The notes beneath the pieces were generated by a model. The model saw only the letters and a list, made by a program, of their open reading frames with translations, did no database searches and had not been told where the DNA came from. DNA of 64,000 nucleotides, from positions 832,001 through 896,000 of the forward strand of contig CAVUZH010000013.1 of NCBI GenBank assembly GCA_963745835.1. Reading direction: 5' to 3'. Below, one piece after another: positions 47,064 through 56,429 of this stretch; position 1 is the first letter of the stretch, and every line of letters begins with the position of its first letter. The translations under genes were made by a program, and so were the position numbers. This DNA comes from an uncultured delta proteobacterium. Its GTDB lineage: Bacteria > Desulfobacterota > Binatia > UBA9968.

Positions 47064-47241
47064 GGCTTCGCCAAGAGCCGGCTGAGATAGACTTGTATGA
47101 GATGTGAGACATGCAATACGCGCTTGTCTCAGAATTGAATGCCATTGTGATGATTGAGGTCATCAGATATTCGTATGCTGCGTCCAAAGAGTTGAAGACG
47201 ATCACGGAGTGAATAATCCTCCGACCGTGAGCGGTAGAACT

Positions 47242-48030
47242 ATGTCGTTCGAATATCTTCCCATCATGGCTCAGGCCGGCGCGCCTAAGCCGCCGCGCGT
47301 TCTAGTCCCGCCATCAAAGCAAGCTTGGTCGCCTGTCACCAAGCCAGTCAACCAATCAACAATTGCTCTTTTGTCCAGCGCAGCCCTGCGGCTGCTAGAT
47401 CAGGAGCCCTTTGTGCCGCGCGAAGACTTGAGCTATCGGCGCATTCCGGCTGATGCCGCTGGCGCGTTTATTATCGATCACCACTCCGGAATCGGCCGGG
47501 TACCCAAACAGGATCCCGAAATTGTTTTTCCACGCACCGCGCTCGCCTCTCTGGCGCAGCACGGCACCATCGGCGAAATTTCGCCGTTTCATTTCTCTTT
47601 CATGGGCGGCGTTCGCCGCCCGCAAGAAATCGAACATGAGCTGGCTACCGCGATTGCAGATGATTTAAAAAAGATGGCGGTGGATCTCGCCTTGCTGGTG
47701 CCCTACTGACCATTTTGCCATGAGACCGTCGGTCTCATCGCCCACGTTATCGAGGGGCGCGGCATTCCAACCCTGGTAATCGGTACCGCTCTAGACATAA
47801 TGATCAAGGTGACTCCACCGCGAGCTGTTTTTGTCGATCATCCGGTAGGCCGGACCTTCGGTCCACCACATGATCGCGATCGCCACGAAGCGGTTCTAAA
47901 AACCGCGCTCAATGAGATACCCAAATTTACCGAGCCCAACCAGATCCACGATTTACAATGCCGATGGCAAATCGACGGCAGCCGGGCTTGGGAGGCGGAG
48001 CTTCGGGCTGAGATGCTGCGCGACCGTTGA
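47242..48030 (+). CDS. PrdB/GrdB-like selenoprotein, Sec at TGA 47707-47709 (UxxC motif)
   Basis: GrdB-family N-terminal half (D.SYR.IP, QDP..VFP, HFSFMG); frame continues through the TGA as VPY-U-PFCHETVGLIAHVIEGRGIPT and joins ORF 47800..48030 in frame. Confidence 0.88.
47717..47741 (+). promoter_or_regulatory. Bacterial SECIS element
   Basis: ATGAGACC-GTC-GGTCTCAT perfect 8-bp stem; loop begins GU, 18 nt after the UGA. Confidence 0.8.
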
Positions 48031-48087
48031 CAGCGCAGCTTAAACATAATAATTCCCGCAGACTATAATCTCACTAGAGGAGAGTTT

Positions 48088-49110
48088 ATGTTCAAGTTCC
48101 TGGGCAAGGGTTTTTCGGCGCTTATACTTAGCTTCCTATTGGCCGTCCCGGCGGGCGCCGCGGCTCCTTATTATGAGGGCAAGGCAATTAGGGTGATCGT
48201 GGGTTTTTCCGCTGGCGGTGGTTTCGACACCTACTCTCGTGTGATTGGACGTCATATCGGCAGACATATACCAGGCAATCCCTCGATTGTAGTCGAGAAT
48301 ATGACGGGAGCCGCCAGTCTGGTGGCGGCTAATCACGTCTACAAGGTCGCCAAGCCCGACGGATTGACAATTCTAAATTTCCACGGCAACCAAGTGATCA
48401 ACCAGATCATCGGCAAGCCAGGCATAGAGTTTGATGCTCGTAAGTTCGAGTACATTGGTATTCCGACGCAGGACAATGTTGCGTGCGCGTTTACCAAAGC
48501 CAGCGGCATCACCTCGGTCGATGCGCTGAGAAATGCCAAGACGCCGGTCAAAGTCGGCGGCGTAGCACCCGGAGATACGACTTACAATACAGCAAAGCTG
48601 TTAATTGCCGCGCTGAAACTGCCGATTCAGCTGGTCGCCGGTTACAAAGGCACGGCTGAAGTTCGCCTCGCCGCCGAAGCTGGAGAAGTCGCCGGCGGTT
48701 GCTGGCAATGGGAATCAATCAAGTCTATCTGGCGTCAGGGACTTGATTCGGGCAATGTCTCCGTGGTTTTGCAAGTCAATCCCAAACCCCATCCGGAGTT
48801 GCCGAACATAGCCAATGCCATCGATTTCGCTCCCAACGAAAATAGCAAGCAGCTTCTGAAATACGGCGGCCATGATCCTGCCGCGATAACCAGACCCTAC
48901 GCACTCGGGCCGGGAACACCCAAAGACCGTGTGCAGGTCTTGCGCAAAGCATTTGTCGATACTCTCAAGGACCCGGAGTTTCTCGCTGACGCAAAAAAAT
49001 CGAGGCTGGACACTGATCCGCTGACCGGCGAGGACATCGAGAAAATCGTCACCGCGCTCTTCAAGATGGACTCCAGCCTGGTAAGCCAATTGAAAGAGAT
49101 CTTGCAATAA
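48088..49110 (+). CDS. Bug/TctC-family tripartite tricarboxylate transporter substrate-binding protein
   Basis: Signal peptide, GGGFDTYSR, VENMTGA, KPDGLT, GYKG. Confidence 0.92.
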   Translation: MFKFLGKGFSALILSFLLAVPAGAAAPYYEGKAIRVIVGFSAGGGFDTYSRVIGRHIGRHIPGNPSIVVENMTGAASLVAANHVYKVAKPDGLTILNFHGNQVINQIIGKPGIEFDARKFEYIGIPTQDNVACAFTKASGITSVDALRNAKTPVKVGGVAPGDTTYNTAKLLIAALKLPIQLVAGYKGTAEVRLAAEAGEVAGGCWQWESIKSIWRQGLDSGNVSVVLQVNPKPHPELPNIANAIDFAPNENSKQLLKYGGHDPAAITRPYALGPGTPKDRVQVLRKAFVDTLKDPEFLADAKKSRLDTDPLTGEDIEKIVTALFKMDSSLVSQLKEILQ

Positions 49111-49139
49111 AGACAACTCGAGGTAAACGGGGAGGTCTT

Positions 49140-50171
49140 ATGGCTCGAACGCCGATGATGTTGATCATGGGTTTGCTAACCCTTTCGTATTCCAGTTTTA
49201 CGTATGCTCCCGCGCACGCGCAGGATCCGTTCTATAAGGGCAAGACCGTACGAATCATCGTCGGAGCCTCTGCCGGCGGCGGTTACGACACTTACTCCCG
49301 CACGATTGCCCGCCATATGGGCAAACACATCCCCGGCAATCCCACCTTCGCTGTGGAAAACATGCCAGGAGCCGGATTTCTGATCTCTGCCAACCACATG
49401 TACAACGTGGCAAAGCCCGATGGACTAACTATCGGTCATTTTATCGGCGGTCTTTTCTTGCAGCAGCTTTTGGGTAAGCCGGGAGTCGAATTCGAGTCGA
49501 CCAAGTTCCAATTTATCGGCGTGCCGGCGCAAGACAATTACATGTTAGGTGCGGCAAAGAGCACGGGCGTCACGACCATTGAACAATGGTTGTCTTCCAA
49601 GACCCCGGTTAAGCTGGGCGGGGTTGGCGCAGGTTCGGCGACAGATGACATCCCAAAGGTTTTGGCGGCGACCATCGGCCTACCGATGCAGCTGGTCAGT
49701 GGCTATAAAGGAACTGCCGATGTGCGACTCGCCTTCAACAGCGGCGAGATCACCGGCATCTGCAACTCCTGGGAATCCTTCAAAGCCACCTGGAGTAAGG
49801 AGCTTAGTTCAGGCGACGTGACGATCGTATTACAAAATATTGCCAAGCCGCACGCGGAACACCCGAAACTGCCCTTGGCCATCGATTTCGCCAAGACCGA
49901 GGAAGCAAAAAAACTGATCATCGCTTTGGTCCACAGTGTCGGGCCGACGGCGCGGCCGTATGTGCTACCTCCTGGGACGCCAAAAGACCGGGTGCAGATC
50001 CTGCGCCGCGCCTTCATGGAAACCATGAAGGATCCGGAATTTCTGGCAGATGCGACCAAAGCCAAGCTCGACATCAATCCCCTCGATGGCGCTGAACTGG
50101 AACGCAATGTCCATGAGGTGTTCAACCTGGACAAGTCGCTCATTCCGCGGGCTAAAGAGATTTTGAAGTAG
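49140..50171 (+). CDS. Bug/TctC-family substrate-binding protein (second paralog)
   Basis: Signal peptide, GGGYDTYSR, VENMPGA, KPDGLT, PPGTPKDRV..LR.AF. Confidence 0.92.
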   Translation: MARTPMMLIMGLLTLSYSSFTYAPAHAQDPFYKGKTVRIIVGASAGGGYDTYSRTIARHMGKHIPGNPTFAVENMPGAGFLISANHMYNVAKPDGLTIGHFIGGLFLQQLLGKPGVEFESTKFQFIGVPAQDNYMLGAAKSTGVTTIEQWLSSKTPVKLGGVGAGSATDDIPKVLAATIGLPMQLVSGYKGTADVRLAFNSGEITGICNSWESFKATWSKELSSGDVTIVLQNIAKPHAEHPKLPLAIDFAKTEEAKKLIIALVHSVGPTARPYVLPPGTPKDRVQILRRAFMETMKDPEFLADATKAKLDINPLDGAELERNVHEVFNLDKSLIPRAKEILK

Positions 50172-50535
50172 GCTGCAACGACTATGTCATCGTGGATGTC
50201 AGGTGGCGCTGCGAATCCTAATCAGACCCGGCAGAGCTGTTCGTTATGAATCCCGGAATCTAGCGATAGGGCTGTTGTTTTCGGTACTGCCCATCGACTC
50301 TGTCGATCCAAAGTATTGGAAACGACGGTCGGAGCAAAGTTCACTTGCTAGGCAGCCTGGAATCCTGGCACAAAAAAACGTCCAACCGTCATCTCATCGA
50401 GACTTGACAGAAGCTAAATTCACCGGCTGCCTGTGTGGCTAGACTTCAAAAAATTTTAATGAGCATAAGTTTCAGCGTCCCGCCTAGAACGATGCTGATC
50501 GCGGACCAGCCTCATGGACTTAGGCTTGGTGCAGG

Positions 50536-50970
50536 TTAGAATCCGCAGTCTGCCGAGGATATGTCGATGGTCGCGATGTGTTGCTTGTCTTTGTCGTAAT
50601 ACGCATAACTCAGAGTCACGCCGTGTTTCAATAAGTCGTCACGAGTCTCAGGGCGATTGCAAACGCCTTGCGTGACCCGCTCTTTCGCCCCGGCGGCGAA
50701 CTTGGAGGCATTCAACTGCGAAACCGAATAACTCACCAGCCGGTAGTTATAAGTCAGCATCCCCTCTGTACCGACAGCAGCTAGCAATTCGGTCTCTTTG
50801 TCGATCATAACCGGCACACCGCGATTAATTTGGTCGGCCAGCCGATTAAGAGAAGACTGGGACCGCGGGTTTTCTCCATCGGAAGGTTTCGGGACTGCCC
50901 ACCAGATCGCAGCGCCGAACAAGAGCGCCGCAACAACCAAGGTAAATATTTTCGTCCGTGACATGATCAT
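50536..50970 (-). CDS. Membrane-anchored periplasmic protein, possibly AspS/PA3611-like fold
   Basis: N-terminal TM; P.MID..T, VC...R..LL..GVTL.Y.Y, C-terminal Cys; fold call from pattern memory. Confidence 0.55.
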   Translation of the reverse strand: MIMSRTKIFTLVVAALLFGAAIWWAVPKPSDGENPRSQSSLNRLADQINRGVPVMIDKETELLAAVGTEGMLTYNYRLVSYSVSQLNASKFAAGAKERVTQGVCNRPETRDDLLKHGVTLSYAYYDKDKQHIATIDISSADCGF

Positions 50971-51200
50971 CTGAAATCCAGCTGTACTTTAATCCTGTGA
51001 CCTTGCTAGATGCGATTCGGTGCTCGGCAGGCGCCGCAATCCGAAACCCATATACAACCATGGAACGAAAAAAAACAAACATGGGAACACCAGAGGCATC
51101 GGGGGGATTGGCGCATGAGCGAAATCGCAGGCACCTGAGCAGTGCGATGCCGACTGGAAGGCCGCCCAGTACGTCGTCGCTTTGAGCCGATAATCGGACT

Positions 51201-51236
51201 AAAAAAAACGGGGAACAGCATAAAGCCATTCCCCGT
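51201..51236 (-). terminator. Intrinsic terminator of the porin gene
   Basis: Minus strand ACGGGGAATGGC-TTTAT-GCTGTTCCCCG followed by a T8 run. Confidence 0.85.
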
Positions 51237-51261
51237 CCCGCACTAGGAGGAGGCAATCGTC

Positions 51262-52479
51262 CTAGAACGTATATATTAGCTGGCCGGCGAGGGTCGTCTG
51301 ATTTTTATCGGCTGATGATGCGCCCTTCCTATAGAACGTTTCATCAGACCAATCCTGCCGAACCTCAACTCGGCCCAAGAACATTTTGGTAAATTTGTAA
51401 GCACCGGTCAGTGTAACTTCGGCGACCGTGTTGTTGGCATGGGTTCCGCTAAAGTTGCCGCCCAAGCGAGCACCATCCCGATCGTTGAAAAACTCGCCTC
51501 TCAAGGCCGTCGTTAAACGATCAGTCCAACCGTATGACGCAATACCGGCAAGGCCTTGCCATACGGCGTCCCTCGTTCCACCTAAGGAGGCATTTTCTTC
51601 CCTGCCATAAGTATACTCAAGAATCAGAGCGACAGGGTCAGCAGGCTTATAAGTGGCTACGTGACTCATGGTAAAACGCTGATCGCCGGTATTGCTGAAT
51701 TGCTCGGGACCGTAGATCACGTTGCTGGCTAGCGCGAATTGTTCCGTAGGGGTAAACCCAAGGCCCGCCATAAACGACGGCTGCCGATTGTTGTCATGAG
51801 GATTATCCCAACCCGTCACCACTCCAGCATTAACCGACAATGTTTTCAAAATCGGGTAGCTAAAGAGCGCTCCCACATGGCGCAGCGGGATTGCATAATT
51901 GAACAGGAAAGACCTCGAAATATTGTCGTTGTAAGCTCCAGGATTGGGAAGAATCTCAGTGCCCAGGGTGGTGACGAAAAGTCCTCCTTTGACGCTAATA
52001 CCTGCGCCGACAGGAATCGTCGTTGTCAGGTACGCTTCGCGCACTTCAGCCGAAGGCTCATCGTGAAAATTGTGACCCCACAGCGTGGCCTCTCTCAGAA
52101 GCTCGCCCCCGCGGCCGAAATCGCCGGAGAGGCGAAAACCAACGCCCCAATCCTTTTCAGGTTTCTCCACCGCCACATGAAAGTAATTGAAAACGAGTTT
52201 GTTGTAATCCTTATCGAAGTATCTGCCGGAAATGTTTCTCGGGTTCTTCGGGTGATTCGAACTCCACTGGTAACTAGTATCGAGAAACCCGCTGATGCCG
52301 ATTCCCAAAGCGCCATCTATAGCGGATTTGCCATCCGCAATGTTTTTATCGAGCACTCCAACGCTATCGTCCAAGCTCAACCAGCCGGGACCTAAGGGCT
52401 TGTCTTGCGCCTGTATCGCCGGCGGCTCAAAAGCAGCGATAGCCACAGTAAGAATCAGTCCAAGTAAACTTTTCTTCAT
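51262..52479 (-). CDS. Outer-membrane beta-barrel porin (BBP2/DUF1597-like; start ATG 52479)
   Basis: Signal peptide, ISGFLD, N.SRSFLF, GWD, amphipathic strands, C-terminal YTF. Confidence 0.85.
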   Translation of the reverse strand: MKKSLLGLILTVAIAAFEPPAIQAQDKPLGPGWLSLDDSVGVLDKNIADGKSAIDGALGIGISGFLDTSYQWSSNHPKNPRNISGRYFDKDYNKLVFNYFHVAVEKPEKDWGVGFRLSGDFGRGGELLREATLWGHNFHDEPSAEVREAYLTTTIPVGAGISVKGGLFVTTLGTEILPNPGAYNDNISRSFLFNYAIPLRHVGALFSYPILKTLSVNAGVVTGWDNPHDNNRQPSFMAGLGFTPTEQFALASNVIYGPEQFSNTGDQRFTMSHVATYKPADPVALILEYTYGREENASLGGTRDAVWQGLAGIASYGWTDRLTTALRGEFFNDRDGARLGGNFSGTHANNTVAEVTLTGAYKFTKMFLGRVEVRQDWSDETFYRKGASSADKNQTTLAGQLIYTF

Positions 52480-52543
52480 CAAGACACTCCTATCTATTAC
52501 GACACATATTCGAACGTAAGTTACTCGATCAAGTCCCCGAATG

Positions 52544-52559
52544 AGCAATAAAAATGCCA
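52544..52559 (-). promoter_or_regulatory. sigma54 -24/-12 promoter of the porin gene
   Basis: Minus strand TGGCATTTTTATTGCT, canonical spacing. Confidence 0.75.
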
Positions 52560-52711
52560 TTAAGCGGTCACCACTAACTCCATAAAATCAAATGCAACCC
52601 TCACTTCTAGCTAGATATGCACAGAGTTTGTTCAAAGCGATGATTATTTGCTAGGCATTTGCCTGCACATCGAGGCCAGCATCAATCTCAGTAACTCATG
52701 CTGACGCGACT

Positions 52712-52936
52712 TCAAGCAATAATGACGTTACCTAGAAATAGAAGACTCGCTTCGTCTTGCACCCTCACGGGACCGCCGAGAACAATTAGCGCCTTAACCT
52801 CGTTCTCAACACGCTGTGGGCGTTCTCTCCATGAAACAAGCGGATAACCCGATAACCTCCGCCTGTCGCTCCAAGATCTCAGCGAGTACACCCAGATCTT
52901 CGAAAGGATCGTTTTGGAAACCAAGATTTCTTCCAT
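52712..52936 (-). pseudogene. Decayed 5' fragment of a class I glutamine amidotransferase
   Basis: Consecutive motifs in shifting frames: MEEILV / QNDPFEDLG..AEILERQ / GYRVIRLFHGE / ALIVLGGP..V.DE; no convincing GICLG half. Confidence 0.65.
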
Positions 52937-53101
52937 CACACTGAGTTTGAATGATTTGATGCTGGATCTCAGATTACATCCGAGACCTCGAGTAGCATGG
53001 GAAAGACCAGCGAAAAATTACTTGATCGAACTCGAATCTAAATACTTCAGCAAAACAAGCCGCGCTCCGGAAGATCCTGATGTCGAATCTCACACGAGCT
53101 C

Positions 53102-54712
53102 TTATAATGCGGCCTCTTTTGAAAGCGCAGGCTGGTGTTCGCGCACCACCGCTTCTCCTGAGGCTCCGGTGGTCGTGCCCGCGATGATCGTGCTGCTTCT
53201 CGAGGTTACCGTCACAAAATCGGGGTATGCGACATTGCCATGTTCATTGACATCGAGCCCTTCGATCTCCTCTTCCGTCGACACTCGAACGCCAAGAGTC
53301 GCATCGATGATCTTCCAGACGATGAGCGAAAACGGGAAAACGAAAACTCCCACGCCCACTACACCGGCAAGCTGCGCCATCAAAAGTCCAGCACCACCAC
53401 CGAATAGCAGACCGTTCCCTGTGGTGTTGGGAGTAAATTCGGCCTGCGCAAATAAGCCAACGCAGATCGTCCCGAAAATGCCGCAAACTAAATGCACTGA
53501 AGTCGCTCCAACGGGATCGTCTATTTTGATTTTGTCAAAAAATAGAACCGATAATACGACCAACGCTCCGGCAACCAAGCCGATTATTAGTGAGCTTGGG
53601 ATACTGACAAAGGCGCACGGCGCCGTGATCGCCACGAGTCCAGCCAACGCGCCGTTAAGAATCATCGTTAGATCTGGTTTACCTAGAAGCATCCAGGCTG
53701 TGATGGACGCCGAAATAGCCGCTGCGGCTGCCGCCGTATTGGTTGCTACCGCGATTCGACCGATGGCTCCGGCGTCTGCCGCCATAGTGCTGCCGGGATT
53801 AAACCCGAACCAGCCGAACCAAAGAACGAATACACCGATGGTTGCCAATGCGATACTGTGACCCGGCAGTGGCAGCGCCTTTCCATCTTTACTGTATTTG
53901 CCAATGCGCGGGCCCAGAACCATCGCTCCAGAAAGGGCAGCCCATCCGCCCACGGAGTGAACCACTGTCGATCCTGCAAAGTCGAACATACCTAATTTCG
54001 CCAGCCAGCCTCCGCCCCATATCCAGTGGCCTACGATCGGATAGATAAGACCCACCATTAAGAAACTGAAAATATAGAAAGATCCAAACTTGATTCTCTC
54101 CGCCACCGCGCCGGAAACAATCGTCGCTGCAGTGCCGGCAAATACAAGCTGAAAGAAGAACTTGCTCCACAATGGGACGCCGGTCCAATTAATTGATGAA
54201 TAGACACCCTTATAAGCATCCCCCATCGCCGGGCTGTTGTCGGCGCCGCCGACAAACCATAAACCCTGAGTGCCGAAAAAAAGATTGCCATCGCCGAACA
54301 TGAGACCCCAACCTAGAACTAAAAACGCAATCGACGCCGCGGCGAACACAACAAAATTCTTCGCCAGAATCGTCACCGCGTTTTTGGCGCGGCATAGGCC
54401 GGATTCGACCGTTGCAAAACCGAGGTTCATAAAAAACACCAGCATGCCGGCAATCAACACCCACATGGTGTCTATCGCGACTTTAGCGCCGCCGATTTGT
54501 TGCAGCAGTCCTTGAGTAAACTGCGCCGGCGTGGCGCCGGGATCTTCTTTTTTGGCTTCAACACCTGGAGCCGCGGACGAGGTCGCCGGGGTTTCTATTT
54601 TAGTTGGCTCCGGCGGAGCAGGGTTTTCTTGCGCCGAAAGCGAAGTCAAAAGAACAATTCCCACGACCAAGCTCAATGAGGCATACACGAACATTTTTTT
54701 CACCTTCTTCAT
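53102..54712 (-). CDS. amtB: Ammonium transporter
   Basis: FQLVFA, SGAVAER, DFAGSTVVH, WFGWFGFN, NGALAGLV, DDPVGATSVH (twin His). Confidence 0.97.
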   Translation of the reverse strand: MKKVKKMFVYASLSLVVGIVLLTSLSAQENPAPPEPTKIETPATSSAAPGVEAKKEDPGATPAQFTQGLLQQIGGAKVAIDTMWVLIAGMLVFFMNLGFATVESGLCRAKNAVTILAKNFVVFAAASIAFLVLGWGLMFGDGNLFFGTQGLWFVGGADNSPAMGDAYKGVYSSINWTGVPLWSKFFFQLVFAGTAATIVSGAVAERIKFGSFYIFSFLMVGLIYPIVGHWIWGGGWLAKLGMFDFAGSTVVHSVGGWAALSGAMVLGPRIGKYSKDGKALPLPGHSIALATIGVFVLWFGWFGFNPGSTMAADAGAIGRIAVATNTAAAAAAISASITAWMLLGKPDLTMILNGALAGLVAITAPCAFVSIPSSLIIGLVAGALVVLSVLFFDKIKIDDPVGATSVHLVCGIFGTICVGLFAQAEFTPNTTGNGLLFGGGAGLLMAQLAGVVGVGVFVFPFSLIVWKIIDATLGVRVSTEEEIEGLDVNEHGNVAYPDFVTVTSRSSTIIAGTTTGASGEAVVREHQPALSKEAAL

Positions 54713-54745
54713 TTGTCTCCCTCCTCGGAAATAAACTCGATCGTT

Positions 54746-55183
<438 letters not shown>

Positions 55184-55230
55184 TCATCAGCTTGAAATAG
55201 CGAGTAAATTCTGTCGAGACGATAGCGTGA

Positions 55231-55372
55231 TGCAAAAGATCCGGGCAACGTGCTTAAGGAGTAGGCGCTCAGCTTAGTTTCTAAGCAGGTCTGACATCGG
55301 CAACTAATTGGCATAGCGCTTAGTCGATGAAGGTGTGCTTAAGAAATGAACGTGTGCTTAAGAATGGAAGCA
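55231..55372. promoter_or_regulatory. Array of NtrC-like enhancer sites
   Basis: TGCnn-N7-nnGCA-like 17-mers start at 55231, 55251 and 55271; GTGCTTAAG repeats at about 55335 and 55354. Confidence 0.6.
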
Positions 55373-55495
55373 TAAATCTTTGACCCGGCGCCTTATAAGG
55401 AGGGCCGAGATTTAGCTCTTCGCTTCTGCTTGTTACGACGTCGCGACCTAAATAGAATGTGACGTAGTCTTGATCGACTCAACCGGGGAGGAACC

Positions 55496-56161
55496 GTGAA
55501 ACACAAGCTGCGCGAGTATGGCCTTTCGATAACGTTGCTCGGTTTGTTTTTCGTGATCCAGGTGGGGTTAAGTCTGGTGGGTCAGCGGCAGTACAACCAT
55601 GAGCAAGCTGATCATGGCCAACCCACGGTCAGCTATCTCGAGTATGTGCGCGGTCCGGCATTTCTTGAAGCCACGATGGAGAACTGGGAAAGCGAATTTC
55701 TGCAAATGTTCGCCTATGTTCTGTTAACAGCATTTCTTTTTCAGAAAGGATCTGCCGAATCCAAAGATCCCGAGAAGCAAGAGGCTGTAGATCGAGATCC
55801 GCGTCAATACAGGGACGTTGAAAACGCTCCGTGGCCAGTGCGCAAAGGCGGCATCGTCCTTAAGCTTTATGAGAACTCTCTCTCGATCTCGTTGTTTCTA
55901 CTCTTTGCCATAGCATTCGTGTTGCACGCGGTAGGCGGTGCCAAAGAGTACAGCCAGCAGCAAACAGCCCACGGCGAACAAGCAGTTACCGTCGTGCAAT
56001 ACTTAGGAACCGCGCAGTTTTGGTTTGAATCCTTGCAAAACTGGCAAAGCGAGTTTTTTTCGATTGCCGTCCTGGTGCTGCTGAGCATTTTTCTGCGCCA
56101 AAAGGGATCACCTGAATCTAAACCCGTCGATAGTCCTCACAGCATGACCGGCCACGAATAG
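55496..56161 (+). CDS. DUF6766-like membrane protein with an internal duplication
   Basis: ENWESEFLQ...KGSAESK and QNWQSEFF...KGSPESK repeats; GGAGG SD. Confidence 0.8.
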   Translation: MKHKLREYGLSITLLGLFFVIQVGLSLVGQRQYNHEQADHGQPTVSYLEYVRGPAFLEATMENWESEFLQMFAYVLLTAFLFQKGSAESKDPEKQEAVDRDPRQYRDVENAPWPVRKGGIVLKLYENSLSISLFLLFAIAFVLHAVGGAKEYSQQQTAHGEQAVTVVQYLGTAQFWFESLQNWQSEFFSIAVLVLLSIFLRQKGSPESKPVDSPHSMTGHE

Positions 56162-56429
56162 AGATGCACACGATTCGTATAGAGTGAGCCAGTCTTCGCA
56201 TCACAGCGTGAACAGTTAGTCGATCAGTTCTGTAGCCTTCGGATTATATTCGACGTCTTCTCTGGTCGTGAGCTGATCGCGGGCTCCGTCCCGCGGAAAG
56301 AATTTCACTTTCTTGTTGTCGGTCTTTTTACGTCGTCCAAATTATTGCAAAGCAATCCGAGGCACTTGGATCACCACTCCAAGTGAGGTCCTCACCGCTG
56401 ACCGATATTTTAGCAGAAGGAGAAAAGCG

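Noticed and set aside
47209-48030. Two separate ORFs, or a nonsense-mutated pseudogene
   Set aside because: The TGA falls at the catalytic UxxC position and is followed by a SECIS-like hairpin, so one selenoprotein explains the data better.
50997-51200. Possible riboswitch/ncRNA (GGCATCG/CGATGCC stem) or small ORFs upstream of the 50536..50970 gene
   Set aside because: I could not match it to any known riboswitch consensus and the ORFs have no recognisable features. An Rfam or covariation search would be needed.
52914-53861. 315-aa plus-strand ORF
   Set aside because: Antisense shadow of amtB with no recognisable motifs.
55333-55364. GTGTGCTTAAGAA direct repeat as a mini-CRISPR
   Set aside because: Only 13 bp with a 6-nt spacer and no cas genes; it fits transcription-factor sites instead.
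56216-56308. 30-codon minus-strand ORF (VKFFPRDG...ATELID)
   Set aside because: No SD and no recognisable family; may be a remnant or chance.
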